Origin: an uncultured bacterium
GTDB lineage: Bacteria; Chlamydiota; Chlamydiia; Chlamydiales; SM23-39
Length of the DNA stretch: 64,000 nt
NCBI GenBank assembly: GCA_964424735.1
Contig: CAYRJU010000005.1
Span: 5,009 to 69,008, forward strand
Direction: 5' to 3'
Of the stretch, positions 27,736-37,015 are shown piece by piece. The first letter of the stretch is position 1. The number at the start of each line of letters is the position of its first letter. A model generated the notes under the pieces. It did no database searches. It was given only the letters and a program-made list of their open reading frames with translations, and was not told the DNA's origin. A program made the translations under genes and the position numbers.

Positions 27736-29124
27736 TCAAGAGCAAATCCGCGCGTCTTCCAGCATGGTTTGTAAAGCAGCTTTACTTCCCTTTTTCGTGA
27801 GGGGGATCCGGGTGATATCTGCCCCTAAAGAGGTAAGTTTAGTAACGAGATCCTCATATCCCCGATCGAGATAATCGACGTTCGAAATAGTGCTTGTCTC
27901 TGCCGCGAGGAGCGCTGCCATGACATAGGCAAACCCCGCTCTTAAGTCGGGAATCGAGATGTCGGTTGCTTTAAGAGGAGTTGGGCCTTTCACGACAATG
28001 CTGTGATGGTGATCACAAGAGGCAAAACGGCAGCTTCTGCCACCTAAACACTGCGTGAAGAGTTCGATATCAGCTCCCATGGCTTTTAGAGTATTTGTAT
28101 AGCCGAACCGATTTTCATACACGGTTTCGTGGATGACGGAGGCTCCCATCGTTTGGGTCATCAAGACGACAAAGGGCTGTTGCCAATCGGTCATAAAACC
28201 GGGATGGACATCGGTTTCCAAATGAAGTCCTCCGCGCAAAGGCTGTTCATAGAAAAATTCAATCCCATTTTTTTTCACCTGGTAGCCGCCGCCGATTTCT
28301 CTCAACTTATTGAGGAAAGCGATCATATTGAGATGTTCGGCCCCTTCGACGAAAACTCTTCCCTTCGTGCTGATGGCAGCCATCGCATAGGAGGCGACCT
28401 CATTGCGGTCAGTGAGGACCGTATGCTCCACTTCGTAAAATTGATGGGCTTGCTGAATGCAGATGGTCCGATCGACATCCACCATGATATTGGCACCTAA
28501 CTTTTGCAAAAAGAGGATGAGATCGATGATCTCTGGCTCGATGGCGGCATTTTTGATGAGGGTTGTTCCTTTCGCTCTGACGGCGGCCAAAATGGTGTTT
28601 TCGGTAGCCCCGACAGAAGGATAATTGAGGGTGATGATGGAGCCTTTGAGTCCTTTATGGGCTTGAGCAAAGTAGGCACCCTCCTTTTTCATTTCCCGAT
28701 ATTCGATCCGAGCTCCCAGTTTTTGAAGGGCGTGGATGTGTAGATCGACCGGTCTTGTCCCAATGAGATCGCCTCCGATTGTGGGAACGATGATATCTTC
28801 ATCTGTTCTTCCGAGAAGCGCTCCAATCATCAGAATGGGAATGCGATTGGACCCAGAATAGCGTTGAGGGACATAGGAAGTTTTGAGTTCTGGAGTGAAG
28901 ATCTCGAGAACTTTTTCTTTTTTATCCCACTTGATTTCTGAGCCGATCTCTTTGCAGAGATTGACTGTAATTTCAACGTCTCCGATATTCGGAACGTTGT
29001 AAAAAGTGCACTTTTTATCTGAGAGAAGGGAGGCGACCAGGAGTTTGGTCATTGCATTTTTTGCGCCTGCTGCTCTGATGTGTCCTGTAAGTGGTTTTCC
29101 GCCCGTGATTTTTAAAACTTCCAT
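27736..29124 (-). CDS. murA: UDP-N-acetylglucosamine 1-carboxyvinyltransferase
   Basis: Full-length MurA. The active-site loop reads IGGDLIGTRPVDLH, with Asp119 at 28768-28770. Confidence 0.95.
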   Translation of the reverse strand: MEVLKITGGKPLTGHIRAAGAKNAMTKLLVASLLSDKKCTFYNVPNIGDVEITVNLCKEIGSEIKWDKKEKVLEIFTPELKTSYVPQRYSGSNRIPILMIGALLGRTDEDIIVPTIGGDLIGTRPVDLHIHALQKLGARIEYREMKKEGAYFAQAHKGLKGSIITLNYPSVGATENTILAAVRAKGTTLIKNAAIEPEIIDLILFLQKLGANIMVDVDRTICIQQAHQFYEVEHTVLTDRNEVASYAMAAISTKGRVFVEGAEHLNMIAFLNKLREIGGGYQVKKNGIEFFYEQPLRGGLHLETDVHPGFMTDWQQPFVVLMTQTMGASVIHETVYENRFGYTNTLKAMGADIELFTQCLGGRSCRFASCDHHHSIVVKGPTPLKATDISIPDLRAGFAYVMAALLAAETSTISNVDYLDRGYEDLVTKLTSLGADITRIPLTKKGSKAALQTMLEDARICS

Positions 29125-29187
29125 ATTTTTCCGACCTCTAAAAATATGTTAAGCGAATTTGAAATTTAAGGATATTTTTTGAAGAGT

Positions 29188-30105
29188 TCAGAGGAGATTT
29201 CGAGAAAACTGCTTGTTTTTTAGGCAGTTCGGAAGAAGTCCTTCGCTTGAACGGAGGTAGGAGAGCCTTTTTTCTTTGCGTTGAAGTGCTACCCAGCTCA
29301 TCGTTTTGCGTGCATTGATTTCAACGACGGGATGAACCCGCTTTTTTCCTTCCCAAAGATAGATGAAGGCATCCACTCCCATATTTCCCGAATATCCCAT
29401 TTGGAAAAGTTTTTGGATGAGGGGACGAGAAACGCTCAAATGTTCTTCCAGGGCCCACGGCTCTACTTCCTCAACATAGGTGCTCTTATAAGTGCCATTC
29501 GGTTCATTTTCAAATAGGGTCACGCCCAATAGCTCTCCATTTTTCCACTGGGTACTGAAATCCAATACTCTTTCTACCCAAGGTTCTCCAATCACGGGGC
29601 AGGATATCTTCTTTGGACGCCCTTCCAGAATCAGCGTGTGGCCCCCTCCTGCCGTTCCAAAGGGGGTTTTGAGCACTTTGGGGCCTGGAGTTTGGAGGAC
29701 CCATTCTTCGATCTCTTCAGGAGAATTGAGGATTTTAGCGCCTGGGAGTTGAGGAGATTCCAAAAAAGAAAAGATTTTGGAGTTGACCTGGCGCACCCAA
29801 TTCCAATCGGGGAGGGAATAGGGAATTTTATGCTTTTTTGCCCATTCCGAAATGGCAAGAGAGGGCCCCCAATGTTCGATTTCGGAGCAATCAGTCGGTG
29901 GATTCTCAATGAGACAGAGGCGTGGATCGGGATTTTCTGGCAATGCGGATACGAGGATCCGGTCGTCCTTAGCGGCATAGAGAAGGGGCAAAAACTGCAA
30001 TTGGAGCACAATGGGGGAGCTTTGCATCCATCTCAAGAGATCTCTTGACTCTCTTTTTTCCAGTTCCCTTTCAAAAAATGTGTTGCAGATGTGAAGCCGC
30101 GACAT
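29188..30105 (-). CDS. ATP-grasp-like hypothetical protein
   Basis: VLKTPFGTAGGGH and GVDAFIY...VVEINAR resemble ATP-grasp nucleotide-binding elements. Confidence 0.45.
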   Translation of the reverse strand: MSRLHICNTFFERELEKRESRDLLRWMQSSPIVLQLQFLPLLYAAKDDRILVSALPENPDPRLCLIENPPTDCSEIEHWGPSLAISEWAKKHKIPYSLPDWNWVRQVNSKIFSFLESPQLPGAKILNSPEEIEEWVLQTPGPKVLKTPFGTAGGGHTLILEGRPKKISCPVIGEPWVERVLDFSTQWKNGELLGVTLFENEPNGTYKSTYVEEVEPWALEEHLSVSRPLIQKLFQMGYSGNMGVDAFIYLWEGKKRVHPVVEINARKTMSWVALQRKEKRLSYLRSSEGLLPNCLKNKQFSRNLL

Positions 30106-30133
30106 TTATCGCTCAATATGCCATAATCATGCC

Positions 30134-30634
30134 ATGATGAAACCACAATTTCCTATTTTTCGCACGGGCATTGGCCAAGAGAGTCACCGCTTTTTGCCTG
30201 AAGGCTCTTCCAAACCTTGCATGATAGCGGGGACAATTTTTGATGGAGTTCCCGGTTTGGACGCCGATTCAGATGGGGATATCGTCTATCATGCGATCTG
30301 CAATGCGATCACTTCTCTCTCTGGCGTTCCCATCCTAGGGGGGATTGCTCGGGATCTTTGCCGTAAAGATGGCATCACCGATAGCGGTGTCTATGTCGAC
30401 AAGGCGTTGGCCACTTTGGGCCGGCAAAAGATTGTCCATGTCGCTTTGAGCATTGAGGGGAAGCGTCCCTACTTCGAAGAGAAAATTAGCTCTATGAAAA
30501 AGTGCATTGCGCAAGCCTTGAATATCCTTCCCGCTGCGATCGGGATCACTGCGATTTCTGGAGATGGCCTTTCCGATTTTGGGTGCGGCGATGGCCTGCA
30601 GTGTTTTTGCATCATCACGACTGTAGAGAGTTGA
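30134..30634 (+). CDS. ispF: 2-C-methyl-D-erythritol 2,4-cyclodiphosphate synthase (divergent)
   Basis: GIGQESHRF and DSDGDIVYHAICNAI correspond to the IspF metal and substrate motifs; ~160 aa. Confidence 0.7.
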   Translation: MMKPQFPIFRTGIGQESHRFLPEGSSKPCMIAGTIFDGVPGLDADSDGDIVYHAICNAITSLSGVPILGGIARDLCRKDGITDSGVYVDKALATLGRQKIVHVALSIEGKRPYFEEKISSMKKCIAQALNILPAAIGITAISGDGLSDFGCGDGLQCFCIITTVES

Positions 30635-30635
30635 T

Positions 30636-31685
30636 TCAATACACATCCAATAAGTAACGCTTTTCTAAGCGTAACGCTTTCCAGAATTTGCGGGCCTCTT
30701 CCTCACTCATTCCCCCAACTTCTCTGGCAATTTGCTCTAAAGCGGCCTCCACATCTTTAGCCATCTCCTCTGCATCTCCGCAGACATAGAGGTAACTGCC
30801 CGTTTGGATCCACTCCCAAAGGCTTCTTTTCTCTTCGAGCAGGCGGTGTTGTACGTAGATTTTTTGCGGCTGATCGCGAGAAAAGGCGGTGTCGAGTCGA
30901 AGGCGCCCCTGTTTTTCGAGCTCGAGCAGATAGTCTTGATAATAAAAGTCTGTTAAGCGGTTTCTCTCCCCGAAAAAGAGCCAATTGCGCCCCAAGGCCT
31001 GACAAGCGATCCTCTCTTGCAGAAAAGCGCGGAAAGGGGCGATCCCTGTCCCAGGCCCAATCATGATGATCGAGGTATTCGGATCTTTTGGTAGGGTGAA
31101 ATGGTGAGAGGGTTGGACATAGATGGGAATCGGCGTCGATTCGAGAATGGCCTGCTCACAGAGAAAATGACTGCCGACTCCAACCTGGATTTGCCCATGG
31201 AGTTCAAAACGGACAAAGGCCACAGTGAGGTGGATTTCGTGAGGATAGATTTTGGGAGAGGAGGCAATCGAATAGAATCTCGGTAGCAAAGGCAATAAGA
31301 CTTTGCAAAGTTCATGGGGACTTGGTTTCAGATTTTCCACTAATTCGATCAGAGGACACGCTGTTTTTTCTACAGAAAAGATTTTGTGGAAAGAGACTTT
31401 GCTGATGTTGGCCTTATGTAAGAGAAAGTCCCGAAATGAAAGGGTGGTATTGGCCCTCGTATCTTCAACGAGCTCTAGACCGCTGGCCCCTAATTTGTGA
31501 AGGATCCGATCGACAACTGCCGGGTCATTCGTCGGAAGAACCCCGATACTATCCCCCACTTTAAAACTGAAATGAGGGTCTTCGATATCTAGAACGATGT
31601 GATAGGTTTTTTTGCTCGAGCCCGGCCCCGTTAAAAGAGTCCGTTCCTGGATACGTGCAATGTAGGGATGGGTTCTGGAGTACAT
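30636..31685 (-). CDS. FAD/NADPH-binding oxidoreductase (CysJ / CPR C-terminal FNR-like module only)
   Basis: RFYSIASSP, GPGTGIAPFRAF, YVCGDAEEMAKDV and a C-terminal LLDVY. Confidence 0.75.
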   Translation of the reverse strand: MYSRTHPYIARIQERTLLTGPGSSKKTYHIVLDIEDPHFSFKVGDSIGVLPTNDPAVVDRILHKLGASGLELVEDTRANTTLSFRDFLLHKANISKVSFHKIFSVEKTACPLIELVENLKPSPHELCKVLLPLLPRFYSIASSPKIYPHEIHLTVAFVRFELHGQIQVGVGSHFLCEQAILESTPIPIYVQPSHHFTLPKDPNTSIIMIGPGTGIAPFRAFLQERIACQALGRNWLFFGERNRLTDFYYQDYLLELEKQGRLRLDTAFSRDQPQKIYVQHRLLEEKRSLWEWIQTGSYLYVCGDAEEMAKDVEAALEQIAREVGGMSEEEARKFWKALRLEKRYLLDVY

Positions 31686-31745
31686 TTTTTCTAGACAGTG
31701 GTTGCAAAAATAATTAGAGTGAAGAAAAAGGACTGATCCACACCC

Positions 31746-31889
31746 ATGCGCACCCTATTTTTCCTCATTGTATGCTTTCTTTTGACCGCTTGCAACAACA
31801 ATACCGGCTCTCATAGGCCGAGTTACGTCATTTCTAAATCGATCGAGACCCTAGAGACAGAAGACCTCACGGAGTCGCCGGCTGAATAA
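31746..31889 (+). CDS. Possible small lipoprotein (47 aa)
   Basis: Below the ORF-track size cutoff. [16 protein letters not shown] carries a lipobox LLTAC. Its 3' end overlaps the gltX stop region by 23 nt. Confidence 0.3.
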   Translation: MRTLFFLIVCFLLTACNNNTGSHRPSYVISKSIETLETEDLTESPAE

Positions 31890-33384
31890 CGAGATCTTTG
31901 CAATTCTTCTTATCCCAGCCTTTTTTCAATAGATCCATTTTCTTGTTGGAAATCCCACCGAGCAGCTCGATGGCTGCCATCATTCTCACTCGGGTTCGAT
32001 CTTTGCCGAGTAGAGTCACCGAATCAAAGAGAGGCGGCCCTTGCAATTTGCCCATGACGCAGGCAAAGAGAAGGGGGATGATCACTTTTTTGTGATGCAG
32101 GCCAAAAACCTCAGCTGCTTCGTGAGATGCGGTTTCGAGCCCTTTCCCCGACCAATCTTCCCCCGCATCGAGACTCCAAATGAGCGCTTGCAATAAGCAG
32201 GCAATCGTTTCGGGGGCAGTCCCTTTTGGACAGAGCATTTCGGGGGTGACTTTGAGCTCATTGATGAAGAAAAAGTCGCAGAGGTGCATAAAATCCCCAA
32301 ACGTCTTGATCCGGGTGTGAACGAGCGGCATCAGCTTTTGCATGAAGGATTCGTTGAATTGCCACTTTTTGAGCCGATCCCAAAGCTGATTTTCTGGAAC
32401 CATCTCGATGAGCCGTTTTTGATTGACCCAATTGAGTTTCTGGATATCAAAAAAAGCTCCTGAGATGCCGATTCTCTTGGGGTCAAATTCGCGGATGATC
32501 TCGTCGAGATTATAAATCTCCTTATCTCCAGGCATGCTATATCCCATGAGCGTCAAGAAATTGATCAGCGCTTCGGGGAGATAGCCGCTGTCTCTGAAGT
32601 AGAAAATCGAGGTGGGATTTTTTCTCTTCGAGAGCTTTTTCCCATCTTTTCCCAAGAGAAGAGGCATGTGCATGAAAACGGGAGGAGTCCAGCCAAAAGC
32701 CTCGTAGAGAAAAATGTGTTTTGGAGTGGAACTCATCCACTCATCACCTCGGATAACATGGGTGATCTGCATGAGATGATCATCCACTACGTTCGCGAGA
32801 TGGTAGGTGGGAAAGCCATCTGACTTTAAGAGAACCTGATCATCGATATCTGCCCAGGGCGCTGTGATGCGGCCTTTGATCTGATCTTCATAGACGCATT
32901 CTCCTGTCAGGGGAATTTTGAGTCGAATGACGTACGACTGACCCGCTTCTTCGCGAGCACGCACCTCATCTGGGGTCAAATTGCGATATCTGCGGTCATA
33001 CCCTGCCCGCTTTCCCTGCTTCGCTGCGACTTCGCGCATTTCGGCAAGCTCTTCGGGAGTCGCAAAGCATTTATAGGCGTTGCCCCTTTTGATGAGCTCG
33101 TAGGCGTGTTTTCGATAGATTTCGGTCCTTTCCGATTGGCGATACGGTGCATGGGGGCCTCCTACATCGGGACCTTCGTCCCAATCGATGTTGCACCAGT
33201 GGAGCGCCTTGAGAATATTTTCTTCATACTCGGGTCGACTTCGCGTCTGGTCTGTATCCTCAATGCGGAGAATGAATTTTCCCTTAAAATGTCTAGCAAA
33301 GATCAAGTTGAAAAGGGCGATATAGGCTGTCCCTACGTGGGGGTCACCTGTAGGGGATGGGGCAATGCGAACTCTTACAGTCAT
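31867..33384 (-). CDS. gltX: Glutamate--tRNA ligase
   Basis: [12 protein letters not shown] (HIGH) and KLSKRK (KMSKS) motifs. Confidence 0.95.
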   Translation of the reverse strand: MTVRVRIAPSPTGDPHVGTAYIALFNLIFARHFKGKFILRIEDTDQTRSRPEYEENILKALHWCNIDWDEGPDVGGPHAPYRQSERTEIYRKHAYELIKRGNAYKCFATPEELAEMREVAAKQGKRAGYDRRYRNLTPDEVRAREEAGQSYVIRLKIPLTGECVYEDQIKGRITAPWADIDDQVLLKSDGFPTYHLANVVDDHLMQITHVIRGDEWMSSTPKHIFLYEAFGWTPPVFMHMPLLLGKDGKKLSKRKNPTSIFYFRDSGYLPEALINFLTLMGYSMPGDKEIYNLDEIIREFDPKRIGISGAFFDIQKLNWVNQKRLIEMVPENQLWDRLKKWQFNESFMQKLMPLVHTRIKTFGDFMHLCDFFFINELKVTPEMLCPKGTAPETIACLLQALIWSLDAGEDWSGKGLETASHEAAEVFGLHHKKVIIPLLFACVMGKLQGPPLFDSVTLLGKDRTRVRMMAAIELLGGISNKKMDLLKKGWDKKNCKDLVIQPATP

Positions 33385-33435
33385 AAAGATCCTCTAACAA
33401 ACTATCTATTCTGAAGATCTCGGGAGTTTTTTTCA

Positions 33436-35379
33436 CTACCGATTCTCTATACTCATGAGAAAAATGAGGTCCTTCATGACATTGACCGTCTCTGCGAGCT
33501 GGAGATCGGTCTGTCCAAATAGATTGACGGGATCGGCATCAAAATTCTTTTTTTGAATTTCTGTCAAAAAGTTCTGATAGGTTTTATTGTAATCGAGGCG
33601 CACCTTTGAATTTTTCTTCAAGATCTCCATGTAGGGCATATAGGTCGTCAACTGTTGTTGTAAGCTGTGACGATAGGTAGGCCCCAGTTGGATTCTGTGA
33701 AAAGGAGAAAGATCGGATAGATCATCGTCGAAATGAGGCTCAATCGAGTCATTTTCTAAAGGAAATTTAGCAAAATTTTCTCCGATGTCTAGTTCGGAGA
33801 GAATTCCGGGAATTGTGATGTCGGAGAGCACTCCCGATAACTGTGGGCTTTTCCCAGAGACGGTGTAGTAACGTCCCCGAGTCACTTTGTATTCCCCTTG
33901 AGGATTGATCTTTGGATTGTTGATCGGATCGAGGGTGAAAGTCTGAAAGGATCCTTTGCCGAATGTGTGATCATCTCCTAAGACAGCGGCTCTTCCATAA
34001 TCTTGCAGGGTTTGAGCAACGATTTCAGCTGCAGAAGCAGAGGCTCTGTTGACGAGGACGAAAAGAGGCCCTTCCCACGCAGGTTTTCCTTCCACTTCTC
34101 GAAGATGCTGCACTTTGCCCGTATTGTCTTTGATCGAAACGACGATTCCCTTGTTGATAAAAAGTCCTGAAACGCTGACAGCTTGAGTGAGTAGACCTCC
34201 TGCATTGCTCCTGAGATCTAAGATAACGCCTTTGAGTTTCTGGTCTTTTTTGATTTGCTCGAGCGCCTTGCGTATGTCGCTAGCGGAAGAGCTCTTTAAA
34301 TCTTGATAGAAAGAAAAGAGTTTTAAAGTGGCAATGACTCCATCTCCATAAGGCTCTACGCTGTGCTCGAGACGAGATTCTTCTAAGACGACCTCATTGC
34401 GGACCAATTCGATTTCCAGTTTTTCTAGGCTGCGCTCTTCCCCCTCACCACTTTCTCGCAAGAGCGTCAGGAGAACGGAGGTCCCTTTTTCGCCTCGAAT
34501 CAATTCGACGGCTTCGCTGATTTCCATCCCGATAACGGCTTCGCTGTCGACGGCGATGATCTTATCGTTGATTTTGAGCTTATTGCTCTGGCTTGCCGGA
34601 CTATTTTCAATGATGCGCACGACAGATAAGCCGTCTAGATCGTCGCGTAATTGGGCGCCGATGCCAAAGAGCCGCTGTTGAACTTGGATCATGAATTGAT
34701 TGGCTTCATTGGGAGTGAAGTAATTCGTGTGGGAATCTAAAGAGGAGGTGGCCGCTTTGAGAACGAGGCTCAAAGTCATTTTGCGCCGCTCTTCTTCGCT
34801 TGCACCCGTCAACTCTAATTCTCGATTGGTTCGCCTTTTAGTCAGACGTTGCAAGAATTTGTTCTGGCTCTCATTGCCTAATTTTTCGGTTGCTTCGAGT
34901 TGGAGCGATTTGATCCGCGCATTGCGATTGACGAGATCTTCATAGTTAAAAGCCCATCCGAGATCTTTAAATTCCTCGCTCTTGACTCCCTTGGGAAGTT
35001 CCCACCCCCCAATTTCAGCTTCCATGGCATTTCGTCTTTCAACGGCCTTTAAAAAAACGGAATGGATGTCGTGGAAAAGGGAAAAATCTCCATTTTTAAA
35101 TCCCAAGAGAGCTTTTTGGAGGGTAGCCTCTGAGGGCTGCAACCACTCTGCAATTTCCCCTTCGATGAAATACGTTTTGGTGGGGTCGAGCTCTTCGAGG
35201 AAATTCTGCAAGGTGCGCTGCATCAAGTCGGTAGAAAGGGCTTTGTGGCAGACGTGCGCCTTGAGGATTTCGTCAAGTTTTGTTTTGACGTCTCTAGGGC
35301 TCAATTGGGGAGGTTTTGCCTCAGAGAGGACAAAGGCGAATAGGAATAAGAACAAAAAGCATTTGCGAATCATATACAT
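33436..35379 (-). CDS. tsp: Carboxy-terminal (tail-specific) processing protease, S41 family
   Basis: Signal peptide, PDZ-like region and S41 core (RSNAGGLL, NRASASAAEI). Confidence 0.9.
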   Translation of the reverse strand: MYMIRKCFLFLFLFAFVLSEAKPPQLSPRDVKTKLDEILKAHVCHKALSTDLMQRTLQNFLEELDPTKTYFIEGEIAEWLQPSEATLQKALLGFKNGDFSLFHDIHSVFLKAVERRNAMEAEIGGWELPKGVKSEEFKDLGWAFNYEDLVNRNARIKSLQLEATEKLGNESQNKFLQRLTKRRTNRELELTGASEEERRKMTLSLVLKAATSSLDSHTNYFTPNEANQFMIQVQQRLFGIGAQLRDDLDGLSVVRIIENSPASQSNKLKINDKIIAVDSEAVIGMEISEAVELIRGEKGTSVLLTLLRESGEGEERSLEKLEIELVRNEVVLEESRLEHSVEPYGDGVIATLKLFSFYQDLKSSSASDIRKALEQIKKDQKLKGVILDLRSNAGGLLTQAVSVSGLFINKGIVVSIKDNTGKVQHLREVEGKPAWEGPLFVLVNRASASAAEIVAQTLQDYGRAAVLGDDHTFGKGSFQTFTLDPINNPKINPQGEYKVTRGRYYTVSGKSPQLSGVLSDITIPGILSELDIGENFAKFPLENDSIEPHFDDDLSDLSPFHRIQLGPTYRHSLQQQLTTYMPYMEILKKNSKVRLDYNKTYQNFLTEIQKKNFDADPVNLFGQTDLQLAETVNVMKDLIFLMSIENR

Positions 35380-35710
35380 CTAAGGATATCCCATAATCAC
35401 AGGTTTTATCTCATTTAAGACTATACCGAAAAGATCTAGTTTGACGCTAATCAAAAATTTTGAAAATAAGTTGTTGGTGGTGAGTCTCTTATAAAGATGG
35501 ATTTCGGGGTAAAAAAAACGCACTTTTAAGAATGAGAAAGCGATTGATTTATAGTCGATAATATGAAATAATGTTTTCTTAAAGAGCGAAATTTAAACTA
35601 AATGCGCAAATTCGAGGCCGCATTGTAAGGCATTCTTTTAGGTTGGCCTAAGAGTTTAAGCGCGAATTAATTGTAAAAAAGCTTAATCATTTTTTTAGGA
35701 GGAAGGAACC

Positions 35711-36142
35711 ATGAATTCGGATACAGCATGGGGCCAGGCACAGCAAAATGCGAAAAAAGTAGTTTCGATCACCGAAGCTGCGCGCATCAATAATGTGACT
35801 CGCCAGGCTATCTATGTTGCCATTAAACAGAAGAAGCTTAAGGCAACAAAAGATTCAACCCGTTGGACCATTGATTTAGATGACTTAGAAGAGTACCGAA
35901 AGAATAAGTATTCGCGTACGAAGTCGATGTTTGATGGAGAGCTTTTATTTGATAATCGTAAAGGGTATTACTCTGTCAACCAAGCGGCAAAAGTGCTCGG
36001 AGTACCTGCGCAAAAGATCTATTATGCGACCCGTGTTGGCTTGATGAAAGCTCACCGAAAGGGTGCAGCTTGGGTTATCCATACTGACGATATCAAACAA
36101 TACCAAGAAAACTATCTAAATCGTAGACCTAAAGTAGGCTAA
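35711..36142 (+). CDS. euo: Tandem excisionase-type HTH DNA-binding protein, EUO-like developmental regulator
   Basis: Internal duplication: ITEAARINNVTRQAIYVAIKQ..W.IDLDDLEEY versus SVNQAAKVLGVPAQKIYYATRV..W.IHTDDIKQY. Strong SD AGGAGGAAGG. Its position next to tsp/gltX matches the chlamydial euo neighbourhood as I remember it. Confidence 0.65.
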   Translation: MNSDTAWGQAQQNAKKVVSITEAARINNVTRQAIYVAIKQKKLKATKDSTRWTIDLDDLEEYRKNKYSRTKSMFDGELLFDNRKGYYSVNQAAKVLGVPAQKIYYATRVGLMKAHRKGAAWVIHTDDIKQYQENYLNRRPKVG

Positions 36143-36159
36143 TGTCATTCATTTCTTGA

Positions 36160-36189
36160 ATCGCCCCAGTTCTCAGGGCGATTTTTTTG
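36160..36189 (+). terminator. Intrinsic terminator after the euo-like gene
   Basis: ATCGCCC-N9-GGGCGAT followed by TTTTTT. Confidence 0.7.
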
Positions 36190-36243
36190 CCCCAAATTCA
36201 AATATTTCCTATTATAAAAGACCCAGTGTGATAGAAGGCAGAT

Positions 36244-36951
36244 ATGCATCCGAAAACCGTCGTGATTGGGGGGAGCTCAGGAATGGGTCTTGCCTCTGCC
36301 AAAATGCTCCATTCTCTCGGCCATGAGATCGTGCTTGGGGGCCGCTCGAAAGAAAAGCTCGAAAAGGCTAAGGATGCGATTTCTGGTAAAGTTGAAAGCT
36401 ACGTGCTGGATATCACCGACGAAAAAACCATTCAGAAATTTTTTGAATCGGTCGGCCCTTTTAATCATCTGGTGATCTCTGCTGCAGATTTTGTCTTGAA
36501 GCCGTTTTTAAAGATGAGCTCTCAAGAGGCAAAACGGCTGTTTGACAGCAAATTTTGGGGGCAGTATTTGGCTGCCAAATTTGGAGCGCCGCAGATTCGC
36601 AAGGGGGGATCGATCACCTTTTTTTCTGGAGCGGCCAGCCAAAAGCCTTTTTTGAATTTTGCTGCTGGGAGCGCGATCAATTCTGCCATTGAAGGGCTAA
36701 CGAGAGCGCTAGCTCTTGAGCTTTCTCCCATTCGGGTCAATGCCATTGCGCCCGGTACAGTTGTGACGCCTCTTTGGGACACTTTCCCAGAGAAAGAAAG
36801 ACGCGCAGCTTTTGAAGAGGAAGCAAAGCGATTGCCAGCCAAGCGAGTCGGGCAGCCCGAAGACATTGCCAGAGCGGTTTGTTATTTGATTCAATGTGAG
36901 TTTGCGACAGGCTCTGTTGTCTATGTGGATGGGGGCTTTCGTCTCATTTAA
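36244..36951 (+). CDS. Short-chain dehydrogenase/reductase
   Basis: VIGGSSGMGLA cofactor motif; 235 aa. Confidence 0.85.
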   Translation: MHPKTVVIGGSSGMGLASAKMLHSLGHEIVLGGRSKEKLEKAKDAISGKVESYVLDITDEKTIQKFFESVGPFNHLVISAADFVLKPFLKMSSQEAKRLFDSKFWGQYLAAKFGAPQIRKGGSITFFSGAASQKPFLNFAAGSAINSAIEGLTRALALELSPIRVNAIAPGTVVTPLWDTFPEKERRAAFEEEAKRLPAKRVGQPEDIARAVCYLIQCEFATGSVVYVDGGFRLI

Positions 36952-37015
36952 ATCTATGCCGAAAATATCCTTTTTGCTAGAATCTCCAGTTTTCCTTTAA
37001 AAACTTTGGAGTACT

